This document shows positions 1 through 13,052 of a stretch of 64,000 nt of DNA, piece after piece; within the stretch, counting starts at the first letter, position 1; each line of letters starts with the position of its first letter. The notes beneath the pieces were generated by a model. It was not told the origin of the DNA. It did no database searches and saw nothing but the letters and a program-made list of their open reading frames with translations. The DNA lies in contig CDMY01000326.1 of NCBI GenBank assembly GCA_001179505.1, positions 55,752-119,751 of the forward strand, in the 5' to 3' direction. Position numbers and translations under genes: made by a program. This stretch comes from Vitrella brassicaformis CCMP3155 (lineage: Eukaryota > Protista > Chromerida).

Positions 1-1397
1 CAACAGCAGCAGCAGCAGCAGCAACAGAAGGAGGAGACAACTGTCGATGTCTCAGAGAAGAAGGGGGAGAGGGCGGAGATTGTGCTGGAGCATGGAGATG
101 TGGATGACGTGACCGAGGAGGTGCACGAGGCGGAGGCGGTGTCTCACGAGGACGAGCAGGCCATCGAGCGGCCGTCGGACATCACTATCGCACCACCCCA
201 CAGACCACCCGATGCTGCGACCACGGAAGAGCAGCCGCCTGCTGGTGTCGGTGCTGCGACCATTGACGAGGACGACCACGCCACTTCGAGTGACGATGAT
301 GAGGAGGGGCGAGAGGACCACTTCGTCTTCACACAACAGGAAGTCGATCTCACCGCAGCAGCCACAACAGCAGCAGCGAGAGAGGAGACAGCGGCAGGAG
401 CAGGCGACGACCACGGCGAGAGGATCGAAGATGATGACCGGCCAGCTGAGACGACACACGATATAGAAGAGATGGTGGAGCACGCCCCGGCCCCAGCCGC
501 AGCGGCAGCGGCTGCAGACAAGGAGGATGGATCAGAATCGCGGCAGCAGCGGCCTGACGAAGGTGAAGGTGAAGGAGACGGCGAGGGCGAGAGCGAGGCT
601 AGGCGTGAGGTGGTGCTGGAAGACCTGGCCGACGTGCTGGGGCAGAACCACCATCACGCAGACGATCTTGAGGGAGGGGAAGAGCTCATCGACATCGACC
701 TAGATGTCTATGTGCAGAGGGAAAGGGAGAAACCACCACCACCAGCAGCAGCGGCAGCAGCAGCAGCAGCACCTTCTGCTGCTGCCGGGGCGGGGGGGTC
801 GATGCCCCCATTGGGGATGCTGCTGTCCAGCCACCCTGACGCAGAAGAGAGAGAGGCCTTCGCAACATCAATCCAGATCGGCAGCGCCGCATCGGTAGCA
901 GGCGATCCCGTCACCAAGCTGGTACGTCAGCCACCCACCCACAGCATGCTCACCCTTTCCTCCATCGTCTGCTCGGTTTGTGTGTGTGCAGACGTCCGCC
1001 CACAAGAGCCGGCTGGTTGCGCGAGAGGACTTCATCGACCAGGCCCTTTTTTCACAGTCTCACAAGGCCCCTCAGGCCCCCGATGAGCCCAATAAGGTAG
1101 CGACAGAGACCGAAGAGAACGACGTTGCGGCATTGCGCGAGCTGAGACACCAGTATGAAGACCAGCATGGGCAGCAAGATGGCAGTGACCGTCACCACCA
1201 TGGGATTGCCGCCATCACCACAGAGGAAGAGGACGAAGAGTCGGAGGAGGCGGATCATGCGGCGCACGCTGAGCGTTTCCACTCCTACGACGACCTGGAC
1301 CACACGGCCATGGCGGCCGTCTGGGGCGAGGTCCAGCAGATATCGGACGACTACCAAGCACAGGAGCAGAAGCACACCGGTAACCCTTCCCCCTTCA

Positions 1398-1435
<38 letters not shown>

Positions 1436-1752
1436 CTGACTTGGCCATGCACCCAGGCCATTCGCCGCTTTTGCTGCCCAATCATGCAGGCACGATCCAC
1501 GAGCCGGCCGGCACGCCAGCAGTGAGCTACGAAGAGGCGGCCGCCTTCTTCTTTGAGAGGAGTGGTGCGGTCGACACCCTGCTGTCAGCCGGGCTGCAGA
1601 AGTTCTGTGACGACCGGACGGGCGGCAGGGATGGGGATACGGAGGAGCGGCAGCAGCAGGGGAGCTGCCTGTGCGTGTCGGCACCGAGGGCACCCACACA
1701 CGTGCCAGGTCTGCGCCCCATGGGGCGGTGATGAGGCGAGCGCATTCATGAC

Positions 1753-1787
<35 letters not shown>

Positions 1788-2595
1788 TGTAGGACTGTCT
1801 AGCGCCTTAGAGAAGGAGAGGGACAGTGTGTTCGCGGCGATGGGCTCCGGCATGGACGACACACAGCCGATGCACGGCCGCCTGCTGCAGACCATCTACA
1901 AGAAGCTCACGCGGAACAAGGTGGACGCGCCGCGCCTCGGCCGCCACTGGGAGGTGGTGGGGTTCCAGGGTGCCGACCCTGCCACCGACCTCCGCAGTGT
2001 GGGCGTGTTCGGGCTGGTGCAGCTGCTGGCCTTCATGCAGTGCTTCCCTGACCTCGCACTCAAGATATACACGTGAGCACATGGAGCGTGTGTTCGTGTG
2101 TCCTTGGATGGTGGGTGTGTTTGGGGGTGGTGCGTAGGCTGTCTCGTGACGAGTATCAGGCCTTCCCTTTTGCAGCGGCGTCGCTCAACTTCACAAAGGT
2201 CGCCGCGGACGCCTTCTGCAGCGGATGGTGCGCGGGAATGAGACACACACACCCCATGTGTGTTGACGTCCATTTGTGTGTGAGTCGATAGGCTGTCGGG
2301 CATATGCAGCAGGGAGAGGTGTGTGGTGTCGGTGCTGCACCGCGCCCACGCGGCCGTGTTCTTCGCCTTCTATGAGGCGTGGCGGAGGGAGAAGCTGAAT
2401 ATATTGGAGTTTGGCAGAGTCAAGAAGGTGTGTATATGCCTGTAAGGGGGAGACACACATCATGATGCGCGGCTCTCTCTGTGGGGTGTGTGTGTGTGTG
2501 TGTGTGTAGGAGATCAGCGATGAGCTGGCAAGGCGGCCGCAGAGACTCCTAAACGCTCTCAAGGTGGGCAGCCACCAGCCCCCCCCCCCCCCCCC
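1..2595 (+). CDS. ELMO/CED-12 domain (ELMOD-like) protein with long acidic low-complexity N-terminus; multi-exon, 5' end outside the window, 3' end next to a gap
   Basis: Exon ~1792-2071 encodes QTIYKKLT...HWEVVGFQGADPATDLRSVGVFGLVQLLAF, the ELMO domain WxxxGFQGxDPxTDxR motif; the next exon encodes YQAFPFAAASLNFT. GT-AG introns carry microsatellites. Confidence 0.85.
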
Positions 2596-2895
2596 NNNNN
2601 NNNNNNNNNNNNNNNNNNNNNNNNNNNNNNNNNNNNNNNNNNNNNNNNNNNNNNNNNNNNNNNNNNNNNNNNNNNNNNNNNNNNNNNNNNNNNNNNNNNN
2701 NNNNNNNNNNNNNNNNNNNNNNNNNNNNNNNNNNNNNNNNNNNNNNNNNNNNNNNNNNNNNNNNNNNNNNNNNNNNNNNNNNNNNNNNNNNNNNNNNNNN
2801 NNNNNNNNNNNNNNNNNNNNNNNNNNNNNNNNNNNNNNNNNNNNNNNNNNNNNNNNNNNNNNNNNNNNNNNNNNNNNNNNNNNNNNNNNNNNNNN
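2596..2895. other. Assembly gap (300 N) flanked by poly-C
   Basis: Run of N. Confidence 1.
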
Positions 2896-4248
2896 CCCCC
2901 CCCCCCCCCCTGCAGACATACCAAGGTCTCTCCCTCTCTCTCGGTGTGTGCAGCGTGGTGTGAGTCTGATGCGTACCATGGAAAAGGCCAGCGGCGGCGG
3001 CGAGAACAATGGCGACGTTCGCACACAGGTTTTCCCCCCACCTGAGGCTGCGGGGGGCGCTTGACGCGAAATGAGCGAATGGGGCGTGTGACGTGTTGGT
3101 GTGTGGACCGTCTGTCTGTCAGTGACTGCCCTGTTCTGTGCGTGTGCATCTGTCATTTCACTGATCGACCGACCAATGTCCGAATGTCCGAGTCCCTGTG
3201 GCAGCCATGGATGTGTGCAGCCACGTAGGCAGCCGTCCAGCTGTCTGTCTGTCCGTCTGTCTGTCTCATACACTGTCAATCTAATTACACCCCAGGACAC
3301 ACATGCACAGAGGCGCACACACACATGCACTAATTACAGACGAATAGACAAGCCCACCCACACACACATCTGCCGAGAATGACCCGCACGCGCCCATATG
3401 CACCACCATCACTACACCTGTGCTTCTGTGGCCTGGCCTGATCCCCCCCACCTGTTATGCGTCGATGTGTCTGTTTGGGGTCCTAGCACCCAAGCTCACA
3501 TCTTCACTGCTCGCTCGGGCACTAGGCCCCCACACACACACGCCGACCACATCAGGAAGGGCCAGCCCGCCACCACCACACCCATGCACGCTCATCTCCC
3601 TGTCTGCTCCTTTCTGCCCTGATCTGATCTGCTCTCGGTTGTGTTGCTTGTGTTCGTGTCAATTGTCCGCCTGGCCGTGTCTGCCCCCTCAAAGGTGCCG
3701 GAAAAGACACCATGCCTGCATATGAGCATGCGTCTTTCGGACACCCCAAGAAAGCCAACACTGCCACGGCGAGCACGACACACACACACACACACACAGG
3801 AGGAAAACCTTAGCTAGCGGGATGGGAAAACCGCTGCTAGATACAGTACACACACAGGCAGTGCGCTCACACTTACTGCACGCGGCAAAAAGTGACGTGA
3901 GACTGACCCCTGACTGTGCAACACTGTCCTGCGATCGACCACTGCGTGCGATCCATCCTTCATCCATCCCTTCTTGCCTTAATTAGACCTGCGTACCCCT
4001 TGCTGCCCACCTGCCTGCCTGTCTGTCTGGGCGAGGTCTCGTCATTCTGGTGTTTCACCCAACCCGCCAGTGACGCTTCCAACCACATGTCGAATTCACA
4101 CGTGATGGAAGACGTCAAAGGGAGGTTTGAGAAGCCCCAGAAACGACCGAGACCCACCCAACACACACCAATCGCATCAAGTAGACGACCAAAGAACCCT
4201 CTCCCCTAGATAATTATTGGCTCACTCGGACCTTCGTCACTCACTCAG

Positions 4249-6555
4249 TCACTGCCCCTTGAGTCTCTTGTGTGCCCCCTCGCCCCTCTCCGCCCCCCCA
4301 ATGGCAGCAGCAGAGCAGCTGCGGCCGCCGGGCGGCGTCAGCGGCCCAGTGTCCATCGGCGATCCGCACCCTATCGACGGCGAGACGCTGTCTGTGGGGG
4401 AGGGGGCGGCGATGGCCGAGTGGGGGCGCTTGCTGCCGCTGCCTGTGGATGGGGGGGCGTTGGGGCTGTTGTCGGGCGAGCCGCCGTTGGGCGATCTGGA
4501 GTGGATGAGGGACATGAGCAGAGGGGGCCCGAAGGAAGGGTCGTTGATCTGCACACACAGGCACAGAGAGGGGGGATGGTGTGTCATCTCTCTCTCTCTC
4601 TCTCTGTGTGTGTGTCTGAATGGGGGGACCACGCACTCACCACTCGCGGCGTCCACAGTGTCTGCGCGAGCTCCGTTGCGAGCGAATTGTCGATCTTGGG
4701 GTCCAGCAGCTGCAGCAGCCGGGGAACCGCACCCAAATACTCATTCTCCGCCAGCACCTCCGGCTTCACGCGATCCAACAACAGACGCGCCACCTGCACC
4801 CCCGCACACATAACACATACCACAGACGCCATCTCGCCCCCACCCCCACCGAGACCGACCTTGGTGGAAGTCCATGTGGTGAGGTTGTCCCGCCGGTTGT
4901 GCCACCAGCCGTGCAGCAGCCGCAGCGGGCTCACGCCGTCCAGCGCGGCGTCGAACTCGGGGCAGGGCGCCTGGGCCAGCGCGTAGGCCAGGAAGGTCGC
5001 CAGACACTCGAACGTGTTCCTGTGGGTGGGTGTGCACATGGGGACACGTCAGGTCGTTTGTTTGTGTGGGCGAGAGGGGTGTTACCTGGTAGCTGTGTCG
5101 GCTGCAGAGGTGTGGAGGGCGTCGGTGAGGACCGAGAAGGCGTCCCAGCTGCCGTCGACCAGCAGACACTTGAAGTAATGCAGCTGCCCAGACACACACA
5201 CATACACATCCACACGCATCCCTCCCTCCACCCCTCTGCCACCCCATGCAGGTCTGTTTCTGTTGCCCACCCACATACACACATACCGCCATGCTCCGCA
5301 GAGGGTACTCGCACACCGTCACCTCGACCTCCACGCTGTCAACCGTCGCAATACCACCACCGGACACGACCGCCCGCTGCCTATCCTCGTCCTTCACCCT
5401 GGTCCCCTGCAGCACCCCCTCCCTCCGCCCGCCCAGCGCGACGCAGCAGCTGCCCGCTGGCATGGTGGCGGAGCAGAGGATGGTGCCGTCGACGTGGTAG
5501 GTGGCCGTGCCGTTGAAGCAGCCCGTCCGTAGGCCGCCGCAGGGGAGAGTGGCTGCAGGAGAAAGCAATGGAGAGACAGTGGGCGAGATGGGGTGGGCAT
5601 GGTGATGGTGGTGGAGGTGAGGGTTGGTCACTTACGAGTATAGATGGCTTCGAACCGGGCGATGTCGGCGATGGGCAGCTTGGGGTCCTGGTGCACCCCA
5701 CATCCCGTCGCCAGCGTGAAGAAATGTCCCCCACTGTGAGCGCGCGTCGATGCACTGCACCACCACACCAAAGCCACACACCCACATGGCCGTCTGCCTG
5801 TGTGTCTGTCTGTGTGTGTGGCTGTCAGTACCTGAATTGCACCTGCACTTGGCCGATTTTGACGGTGTGTCCCGGCTGAAAGGCGTGTTCGACCGTGTTG
5901 GTGGTCTCGAGACAGAATGTCTTGGCCTGAAAGACCTTCCGCAGCGCGTCAGGGAGGCTGTCGCTCTGGGTGGCCGCCTGCAGCCACGCGGCAAGCTCGG
6001 TGGCCGACACGTTCACCTTGTGGCTGTCGATGAGGCATAGCAGTTGCTCCAGGGCCTCCTTGATGCACTCGGCGAAGGGGTCCTTGTCGCCCATGTTGCC
6101 CGACTGAATGCCGTCCCTGACAATGCAGACGGACACAGACACGTGTGTGTGTGTGTGTGTGATGTGGGAAGGGGGAGGGAGATTGCTAACAGAGTGTCCG
6201 CAACGATCGCGGGGAACTGCATGAGCATCGCTGGGAGGTCGCTCCTGAACATGGGCATCATCAGGACGTGGTGGAAGGCAGACCTGTGTGTGCGAGGCGA
6301 GAAACATCCATACACACCACACCACACAGCCACAGAGACATCCATCCATCCATCCATGGTGAGTCCTGTGCTGTGCTGTGTTGTGCTATGTCTTACAGGT
6401 CGGTGGATGAGGCCGATGAGCTGCTGGGCGAGTAGGGCTGCTGCTGCTTCTTGGACACCTCGGTCAGCAGCGCCGGCAGCAGCGACCGGTCCGACCACCA
6501 ACAAGACCGAATGCCTTTGCGCTCGAGCAGCGGCTGCACAGTCACCAAACCGACA

Positions 6556-6589
<34 letters not shown>

Positions 6590-7006
6590 CATAGACGCGT
6601 TGCATTTCGGTGCATGTATGTGAGCACACCTACCACGATGCGGTCGACGAACCGGCACCCAAAGTAGTCGAGCGCGGTGAGTGCCGCGATGAGGTTGTCC
6701 TCGGTTATCGCCTTGACGACGTCGCCCGCGTCACGCTGACGACACAAACACAGACAGACGACACACCGAGACGTCTGCCGACACCTGTGCAGACCTGCCC
6801 CACCCACCACCCACCCGCAGCACGACTTTCGCCTCCTCTCTGCCGATGCCGTCGACCTGCAGCGCGTCGCGCCTCTCCCTGCCAGAGAACCAGCGGAAGC
6901 CGTCTGCGAGTGAGGCCGGCACAGAGAGGGTGGAGCCGCCTGCGTCTCTGAAGGTCAGCGATATCATCGCGGTGGGAGTGCCGTCTCGGCTGCCGTGCGA
7001 CACCAT
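4249..7006 (-). CDS. Multi-exon BTB/POZ-domain protein with Ser/Pro-rich C-terminus
   Basis: Exons give MVSHGSRDG...TLSVPASLADGFRWF, AITEDNLIAALTALDYFGC (BTB C-terminal helices, A-x-Y-F-G pattern), further exons, and a stop at 4249 after ...HKRLKGQ. GT-AG introns separate them. Confidence 0.6.
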
Positions 7007-7255
7007 TTCGTCACGAAAGAGCGTGAGAGAGGCGTGGAGGTAGATTCAGCTTGCTGATGGTAACCTCCTTTAGTTCTTTTTTCGGCAGATCTTTGGTACA
7101 GCCGTGATGCTTCGGGTCTCCGGCACCCCACTGTCAGCCTCGTTGCCTTTTTGCTTTTCCCGAGATGGAAAAGCTTGTAAAAAGCTCGCATCCTTCTTCC
7201 CTTGCTGCTGTCTTCCCTTGGGATGGCATTGGAGAGACAAGAAGAGTCGCCTACC

Positions 7256-8421
7256 ATGGCAAATGGCGGCTGCCACGATTTGGAGCCGCTGCCATTCATC
7301 GGCGGCCATGCGTCGACAGAGACCTGCTCTACGCCGACAAGGCACTCGCCGCCATTGAGCAGTCAGCCAAACAGATGCGCAAGAAGCTGCGGCAGCAAGC
7401 CAAGACGATCAAGGACCTGATCACGAGCAATGGAGGACAGCCGGTAGTGACAGGCTCGTTGAGTGAGGAGATTGAGGTCAATGTGGGCGGCGGGACGGTG
7501 CTGTGTGTGCCTCGCAAGCCGCTGCTGCTGCCCGGCGTGAGCGACTCGTTCGTCGCCTATCTGCTGCTGCACCATCTGGATGGGCTCCCCAAGGACACAG
7601 AGGGCCGGCCGTTCCTGGATGCTGACCCGATCTATATCGACTGGTTAGCCAGTAGACACACAGAGGGGAGGGAGGGCTCACGCGCAATGCTGTCTGTTGT
7701 GTTCCTTGTGTCAGGCTGTTTGACGAGATTGCCAACGTCGGTGCTGCTGATGCCCAGGGCGAGACGAAGGAGATCGTCTTCGAGCCAGGACCCGACGACC
7801 CCTTCTACCATGACCTCTTCTTCGACAACAAGATCTCATCGCAGCAGCAGCAGCAGAAGGATGCGTCAGCTCACGATCTCGGAGAGAAGAAGGACGCTGC
7901 CGGTGGGGCCAAGAAGGCCGCTGCTGTCGATGACCCCCTGAGCGACCTGCACACAAATGTCAAGAACCTCGAGACGGCGGTGGATCGGCTGTGGTCGGCA
8001 GAGCTGGAGCTGACCAAGTTCCATGCTGTGATGGGACCGTTCCTCAAGTCGGGGGGCGGCGGGGCCGATGAGATCAAGAGCGTGCGCGTGATGGGCAAGA
8101 GGGTGTCGACCACCGAGGCCACCTTGGCCTTCATCGGGCGGGACAAACCGCTGGGCACGGCATTCGACAGGTGCGAAGAGCACACGCACGCGGCAAGGCA
8201 CAAAACCCTCCCCTTCTCTCTGTTCCCTGTAGGAGTATGACGCTTTCGTGCATCTCGACTGCCCACTTCTCCAAGATCGTCGACTTCGCCCGAAGACAGC
8301 GCATTGCTCCCCGAGGGTCCCGTGTGCGAGCGCCCACCGCCCCGCCCAGCAATCAGCACCAGCTGCAAGTCGATCTGCAGATGTACGGCCTGCAGACGGC
8401 GGACATCTACACGCCCCTGAT
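7256..8421 (+). pseudogene. BTB-BTB-TLDc family copy 1 (subfamily A); 1-bp deletion near 7303, 3' part lost in gap
   Basis: EVNVGGGTVLCVPRKPLL...LLLHHLDGLPKD...DPIYIDW and RVMGKRVSTTEATL...KIVDFARRQR. Compared with copy 3 (atc ggc cgc cca), copy 1 reads atc ggc ggc cat, shifting frame; an upstream ATG at 7165 could bypass the shift. Confidence 0.8.
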
Positions 8422-8721
8422 NNNNNNNNNNNNNNNNNNNNNNNNNNNNNNNNNNNNNNNNNNNNNNNNNNNNNNNNNNNNNNNNNNNNNNNNNNNNNNN
8501 NNNNNNNNNNNNNNNNNNNNNNNNNNNNNNNNNNNNNNNNNNNNNNNNNNNNNNNNNNNNNNNNNNNNNNNNNNNNNNNNNNNNNNNNNNNNNNNNNNNN
8601 NNNNNNNNNNNNNNNNNNNNNNNNNNNNNNNNNNNNNNNNNNNNNNNNNNNNNNNNNNNNNNNNNNNNNNNNNNNNNNNNNNNNNNNNNNNNNNNNNNNN
8701 NNNNNNNNNNNNNNNNNNNNN
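8422..8721. other. Assembly gap (300 N)
   Basis: Run of N. Confidence 1.
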
Positions 8722-9480
8722 CTACTTCGAGCATGACCAGGAGCTTTCCCTGGTTGCGGACGTTGCTCCAGTCCTCCCCATCGCCTCGGGTGATGGCCAG
8801 ACACATGTACCACCGCACCAGCATCTTGTGGAGCAGGGCATATGTGATAATGGCCACGGCCACGATGAGCGGCACCGTCATCCGCCGCCACCAGACATCG
8901 CCCATCCCATGCGCCCTGGTCTCGAACCACAGCACAACGGCGTACACGATCCACGCAAGGGAGAATATCACACCGGCGGTCTTGAGGGTCTCCTGCAGGC
9001 AGACAGACAGATGCATTGCCGGTACGCGTGTCGATGTGCTGACAGGCCAGCTGACTGACCTGAGTGTCTTCCTTGCAGAGCCTCTGGTACTGGAACTCCA
9101 GCTCGGGATCTTTGAATTTCATGCAGATGAAAGGCAGACCCGACCACTGCACACGACACACACGATGAAAACGCATCATTCTATTCTCCCTCCCCCTCCC
9201 CCCCTCCCTCCCTCCCTCTGACCCGATTGACGCATCCGATTGACCCCCATTTGCTCTTGAAGCTCTTGACGAACTTGCCGCAGTAGGCGAAGATGCTGGC
9301 CGGCACGAGCATCTCGATGGCCACGTTGATGTTGGCATTGGCGCTGTTAGACATCCCGGTGACATGTTCGCTGTGCAGCTGCATCTGGGTCAGCCGGTCG
9401 CTCTTCTCGACCTTCTGGTGCTGTTCTTTGGCCTTATTGTCGCCGCCTGCCCAGATCTCCCTCCTTCTTTTCTCTGCGAG
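8722..9480 (-). CDS. 5' fragment of a multi-pass membrane protein, possibly the N-terminus of a nucleotide cyclase or phosphodiesterase; truncated by gap
   Basis: Three spliceable exons give ...GSIGCVNR|WSGLPFICMKFKDPELEFQYQRLCKEDTQ|ETLKTAGVIFSLAWIVYAVVLWF...VPLIVAVAIITYALL. An FxDxELExxY motif precedes the hydrophobic helices. Confidence 0.45.
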
Positions 9481-9528
9481 CCTGAGCGGCCATCCTCGTA
9501 GCTTTCGCTTTTTGACGCCGTTTTGACG

Positions 9529-11525
9529 ATGTTTCCGAAGAAGCGTAGAGCAGAGGGCGCACCTGAGGTGTCTGAAGACGATGGCGACGAGTTTGAGCCG
9601 CTGCCAATCATCGGCCGCCATTGTGTTGACAGAGCGTTGAAGGAGGCCGACGAGGCGCTCGCCGCCATCGAGCAGTCGGCCAAACAGATCCGCAAGAAGC
9701 TGCGGCAGCAAGCAGCGACGATTCGCGACCTGATCACAAGCAATGGCGGACAGCCGATGGTGACGGGCCCGTTGAGTGGTGAGATCGAGATCAACGTGGG
9801 CGGGACGGTGCTGTGTGTGCCTCGCAAGCCGCTGCTGCTGCCCGGCGTGAGCGGCTCGTTCGTCGCCTATCTGCTGCTGCACCATCTGGATGGGCTGCCC
9901 AAGGACACAAAGGGCCGGCCATTCATCGACGCTGACCCAATCTACATGGACTGGTGAGCCAGTCGACATACTGAGGGCAGGGAGGGCACACAAAGTCAAC
10001 ATAATGCTGTCTGCTGTACCTCCTGCTGTATCTGTTGGTGTCAGGTTGTTTGACGAGATTGCCAACGTCGGTGCTGCAGATGCCCAGGGCGAGACGAAGG
10101 AGATCGTCTTCGAGCCAGGGCCCGACAGCAGTGTGCCATCCGACCCCTTCTACCATGACCTCTTCTTCGACAACAAGATCTCATCGCAGCAGCAGCAGCA
10201 GAAGGATGCGTCAGCTGACGATCTCGGAGAGAAGAAGGACGCTGCCGGTGGGGCCAAGAAGGCCGATGCTGTCGATGACCCCCTGAGCGACCTGCGCACG
10301 AGTGTCGAGAGCCTCGAGACGGCGGTGGATCGGCTGTGGTCAGCAGAGCTGGAGCTGACCAAGTTCCATGCTGTGATGGGACCGTTCCTCAAGTCGAAGG
10401 GCGGCGGGGCCGATGAGATCAGGAGCGTGCGCGTGATGGGCAAGAGGGTGTCGACCACCGAGGCCACCTTGGCCTTCATCGGGCGGGACAAACCGCTGGG
10501 CACGGCATTCGACAGGTGCGAAGAGCACACGCACGCGGCAAGGCACAAAACCCTCCCCTTCTCTCTGTTCCCTGTAGGAGTATGACGCTTTCGTGCATCT
10601 CGACTGCCCACTTCTCCAAGATCGTCGACTTCGCCCGAAGACAGCGCATTGCTCCCCGAGGGTCCCGTGTGCGAGCGCCCACCGCCCCGCCCAGCAATCA
10701 GCACCAGCTGCAAGTCGATCTGCAGATGTACGGCCTGCAGACGGCGGACATCTACACGCCCCTGATGCTGCCCCACGAGATGCAGGCCGTCATCGAGATG
10801 ACCGGCAAAGAGAACGCCAAGACCGAGCTGCTCTTCAAGTGACACGAGCATCACTCAGACGGAAGGAGAGGAAACTTGGCACCTATGTGTTGCCCGTTGT
10901 GGTCGTCAGGTCCAGTCGTGATGGCAAGGCGTACCCCAAGATGCTCAGCAGCGCCCAGGGCAAGAGCGGCCTGCTGTTCGCCCTTCAGGACAACGACACA
11001 CACCGATTCGGCACCTTCATCGATGGAGAACTCACATCACCTGACGACCCCGACGACACCGACGACTACAGTGTGCCGGTCTTCTTCTTTTCGCTGAGTG
11101 GCGCTTACAATGCACCGACCAAGATCGATGTGCCAGAGGAGGACCAGGAGGTGGCGGTGGCCGGCACAGAGGGGGCGGTGGAGGACGACAAGGAGCGGCC
11201 GCGTGCGAATGTCTGCATTGGTGACGGCTATCTGTGGCTCGGATATGGTGATGATGGTCCTGCAGCCGACCTCAGCAGCTGCAATCAGCGGATGCCGAAG
11301 GACCTTTTGCTGGGTATCACGGAAAGATCGATCGAGATGGCGACGGGTGTCTGGCCACCGCCAGCTGCTTCACATTCCTCGATATGGAAATATGGCAGGT
11401 ACGGCACCTGGGAGCTCGACGGGAGCACCGGATAGGTGACCGATGGCCTTTTGTGTTAATGTGTGTGCAGGTGGTGTGTGTTGATGGGGAGCGACTGAGC
11501 GGATCTGATCTCAACACCACGTAGA
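9529..11525 (+). pseudogene. BTB-BTB-TLDc family copy 2 (subfamily A); frameshift in TLDc near 11310
   Basis: Exons ~9529-9954, 10046-10515, 10579-10837, 10910-11397. TLDc reads SSRDGKAY...GLLFALQDNDTHRFGTFIDG...FFFSLSG...LWLG. The expected tail GYHGKIDRDGDGCLATASCFTFLDMEIWQ is in the -1 frame. Confidence 0.85.
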
Positions 11526-13052
11526 TGGCCGTCTGAGGTAGGAAGATAGCACAAATGGATGGATGGATGGATGGACGGATTACTCTCTCTTTTTCTCTCT
11601 CTGTGTATGTGTGTGCGTGTGTGTGCAGTCAGTCGCGTGTACACCAACCCCGCGCATTGCATGCTTCTTGTGCGTGCGTGCGACACTCACTGGTCGACTG
11701 ATTGATTCATCTGATTCAGTCATTCATGTGTGCATGGTCTTGACACATATCGGATGCATCAACAGACACAAAAAATACTTGCAACACACGTATGTATCAA
11801 TCAGTGACACGACGCACACACACACATACACAGGCATCAATCAATCACATGCACACATCCGGCAAGGCCGCCACACAACACTGTATAGGTACACACCCGC
11901 TGCCTCCCCCCTCTCGGGTACATACCTGTGTGTGTGTCCATCCACATCTGGTCTGGTGTGGTCTCTCTGTATGTGGTTTGTGCACAGAGAGGAGGAAGGG
12001 CACCCGCTTCTGATGTCTGTTGACGGGACGGCCCGGCCGATCGGCAAAGGATCATCAATATCGCCTTTCCTATCGAAGCCAATCAGCACCAACACACACA
12101 CGCCACGACGCGGGTGTCTCTGTGCGTGCATGCAACGTTTTTGTGTTGACGTCAGTTGTTAGTGCTGTGCTCGATTGTCTCGCCACGTTTGTCGTGTCTC
12201 ACATATCAGTATATCTGTTTCTGTATCCCATCCCTCCGCCCCCCTTATCACTCTCGCCATTCCTTCCGCCCGTCCGCCTCACAGACACAGGCAGGGAAAG
12301 GATTGTGTCAACGCACATCTGAGCAAAGAAGTGAGTGAGTGAGTAAGTGAGTATGGGTACGCACACACAGGCAGACACAGAGACATCGGAGAGATGGAGA
12401 GAGTCAGCCAGCATGATTGGTACGCGCACACAGAAACGAAAACGTCGGAGCAAAAAGCGATTGTCACGGGCCGGGAACCCCTTCCTCCCTCCCTCTATCT
12501 GTCTCTTCCGGCAACCGGCCCACACCCCGACCAGCACTTTGACGCGCACACACACAGGGAAGAGTATCTGCGCACACACACTCATACATACGGAGGGTGC
12601 GTGGCGGTGCAATTTCTCCGCGCACACACAGCCATGTCGTAAGTGTCTGGCCAGGTGTGTGTCTTACCTCCTCCGACCGAAGTGCCTTAGCTTGCCGGCC
12701 CATTAATGTGCAGCCTTCGATACGAAGGTCGCTATGCCCAAAGCTTTGACTTTGGATAGATGATGACATATGTCGTTTCAGAAACCTCATGCATGTCAGA
12801 TCCGTCCACGCAGTGAGGACACATTGTGTCTCAGAAACGCACAACAAGTCTCAGAAACCAACCGACCTCTCAATCCGTCCACCCATGCGTGCAGGCATAC
12901 GTATTTCCTGCCTGCCTGCCTGCGCTCATTGTATTGCTGCCGATACATGGCGTACCTGACGTCACCACACCGACAGACGCCACTCACTCAAACACACTCA
13001 CATCACACTTGCCACACTTGCATGCAGACAGCTCCCTTCCTTTGTGTACTTG

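Noticed and set aside
2191-3330. ORFs containing X runs (also 7866-9365, 24724-25987, 33472-34225, 51373-52092)
   Set aside because: Artefacts of translating through 300-N gaps.
3784-3840. aaaccttagctagcggg motif resembling the Helitron end sequences
   Set aside because: The match is only ~12 bp with no convincing hairpin; could be chance.
9181-10065. Long antisense ORFs over family genes (also 45353-46105, 32885-33673, 28958-29500, 52754-53440)
   Set aside because: They are shadows of GC-rich coding sequence on the opposite strand, repeated with the paralogs, with no recognisable motifs.
11295-11320. Programmed -1 frameshifting in TLDc exons
   Set aside because: The lesions are at different positions in each copy, with no XXXYYYZ slippery site or conserved downstream structure.
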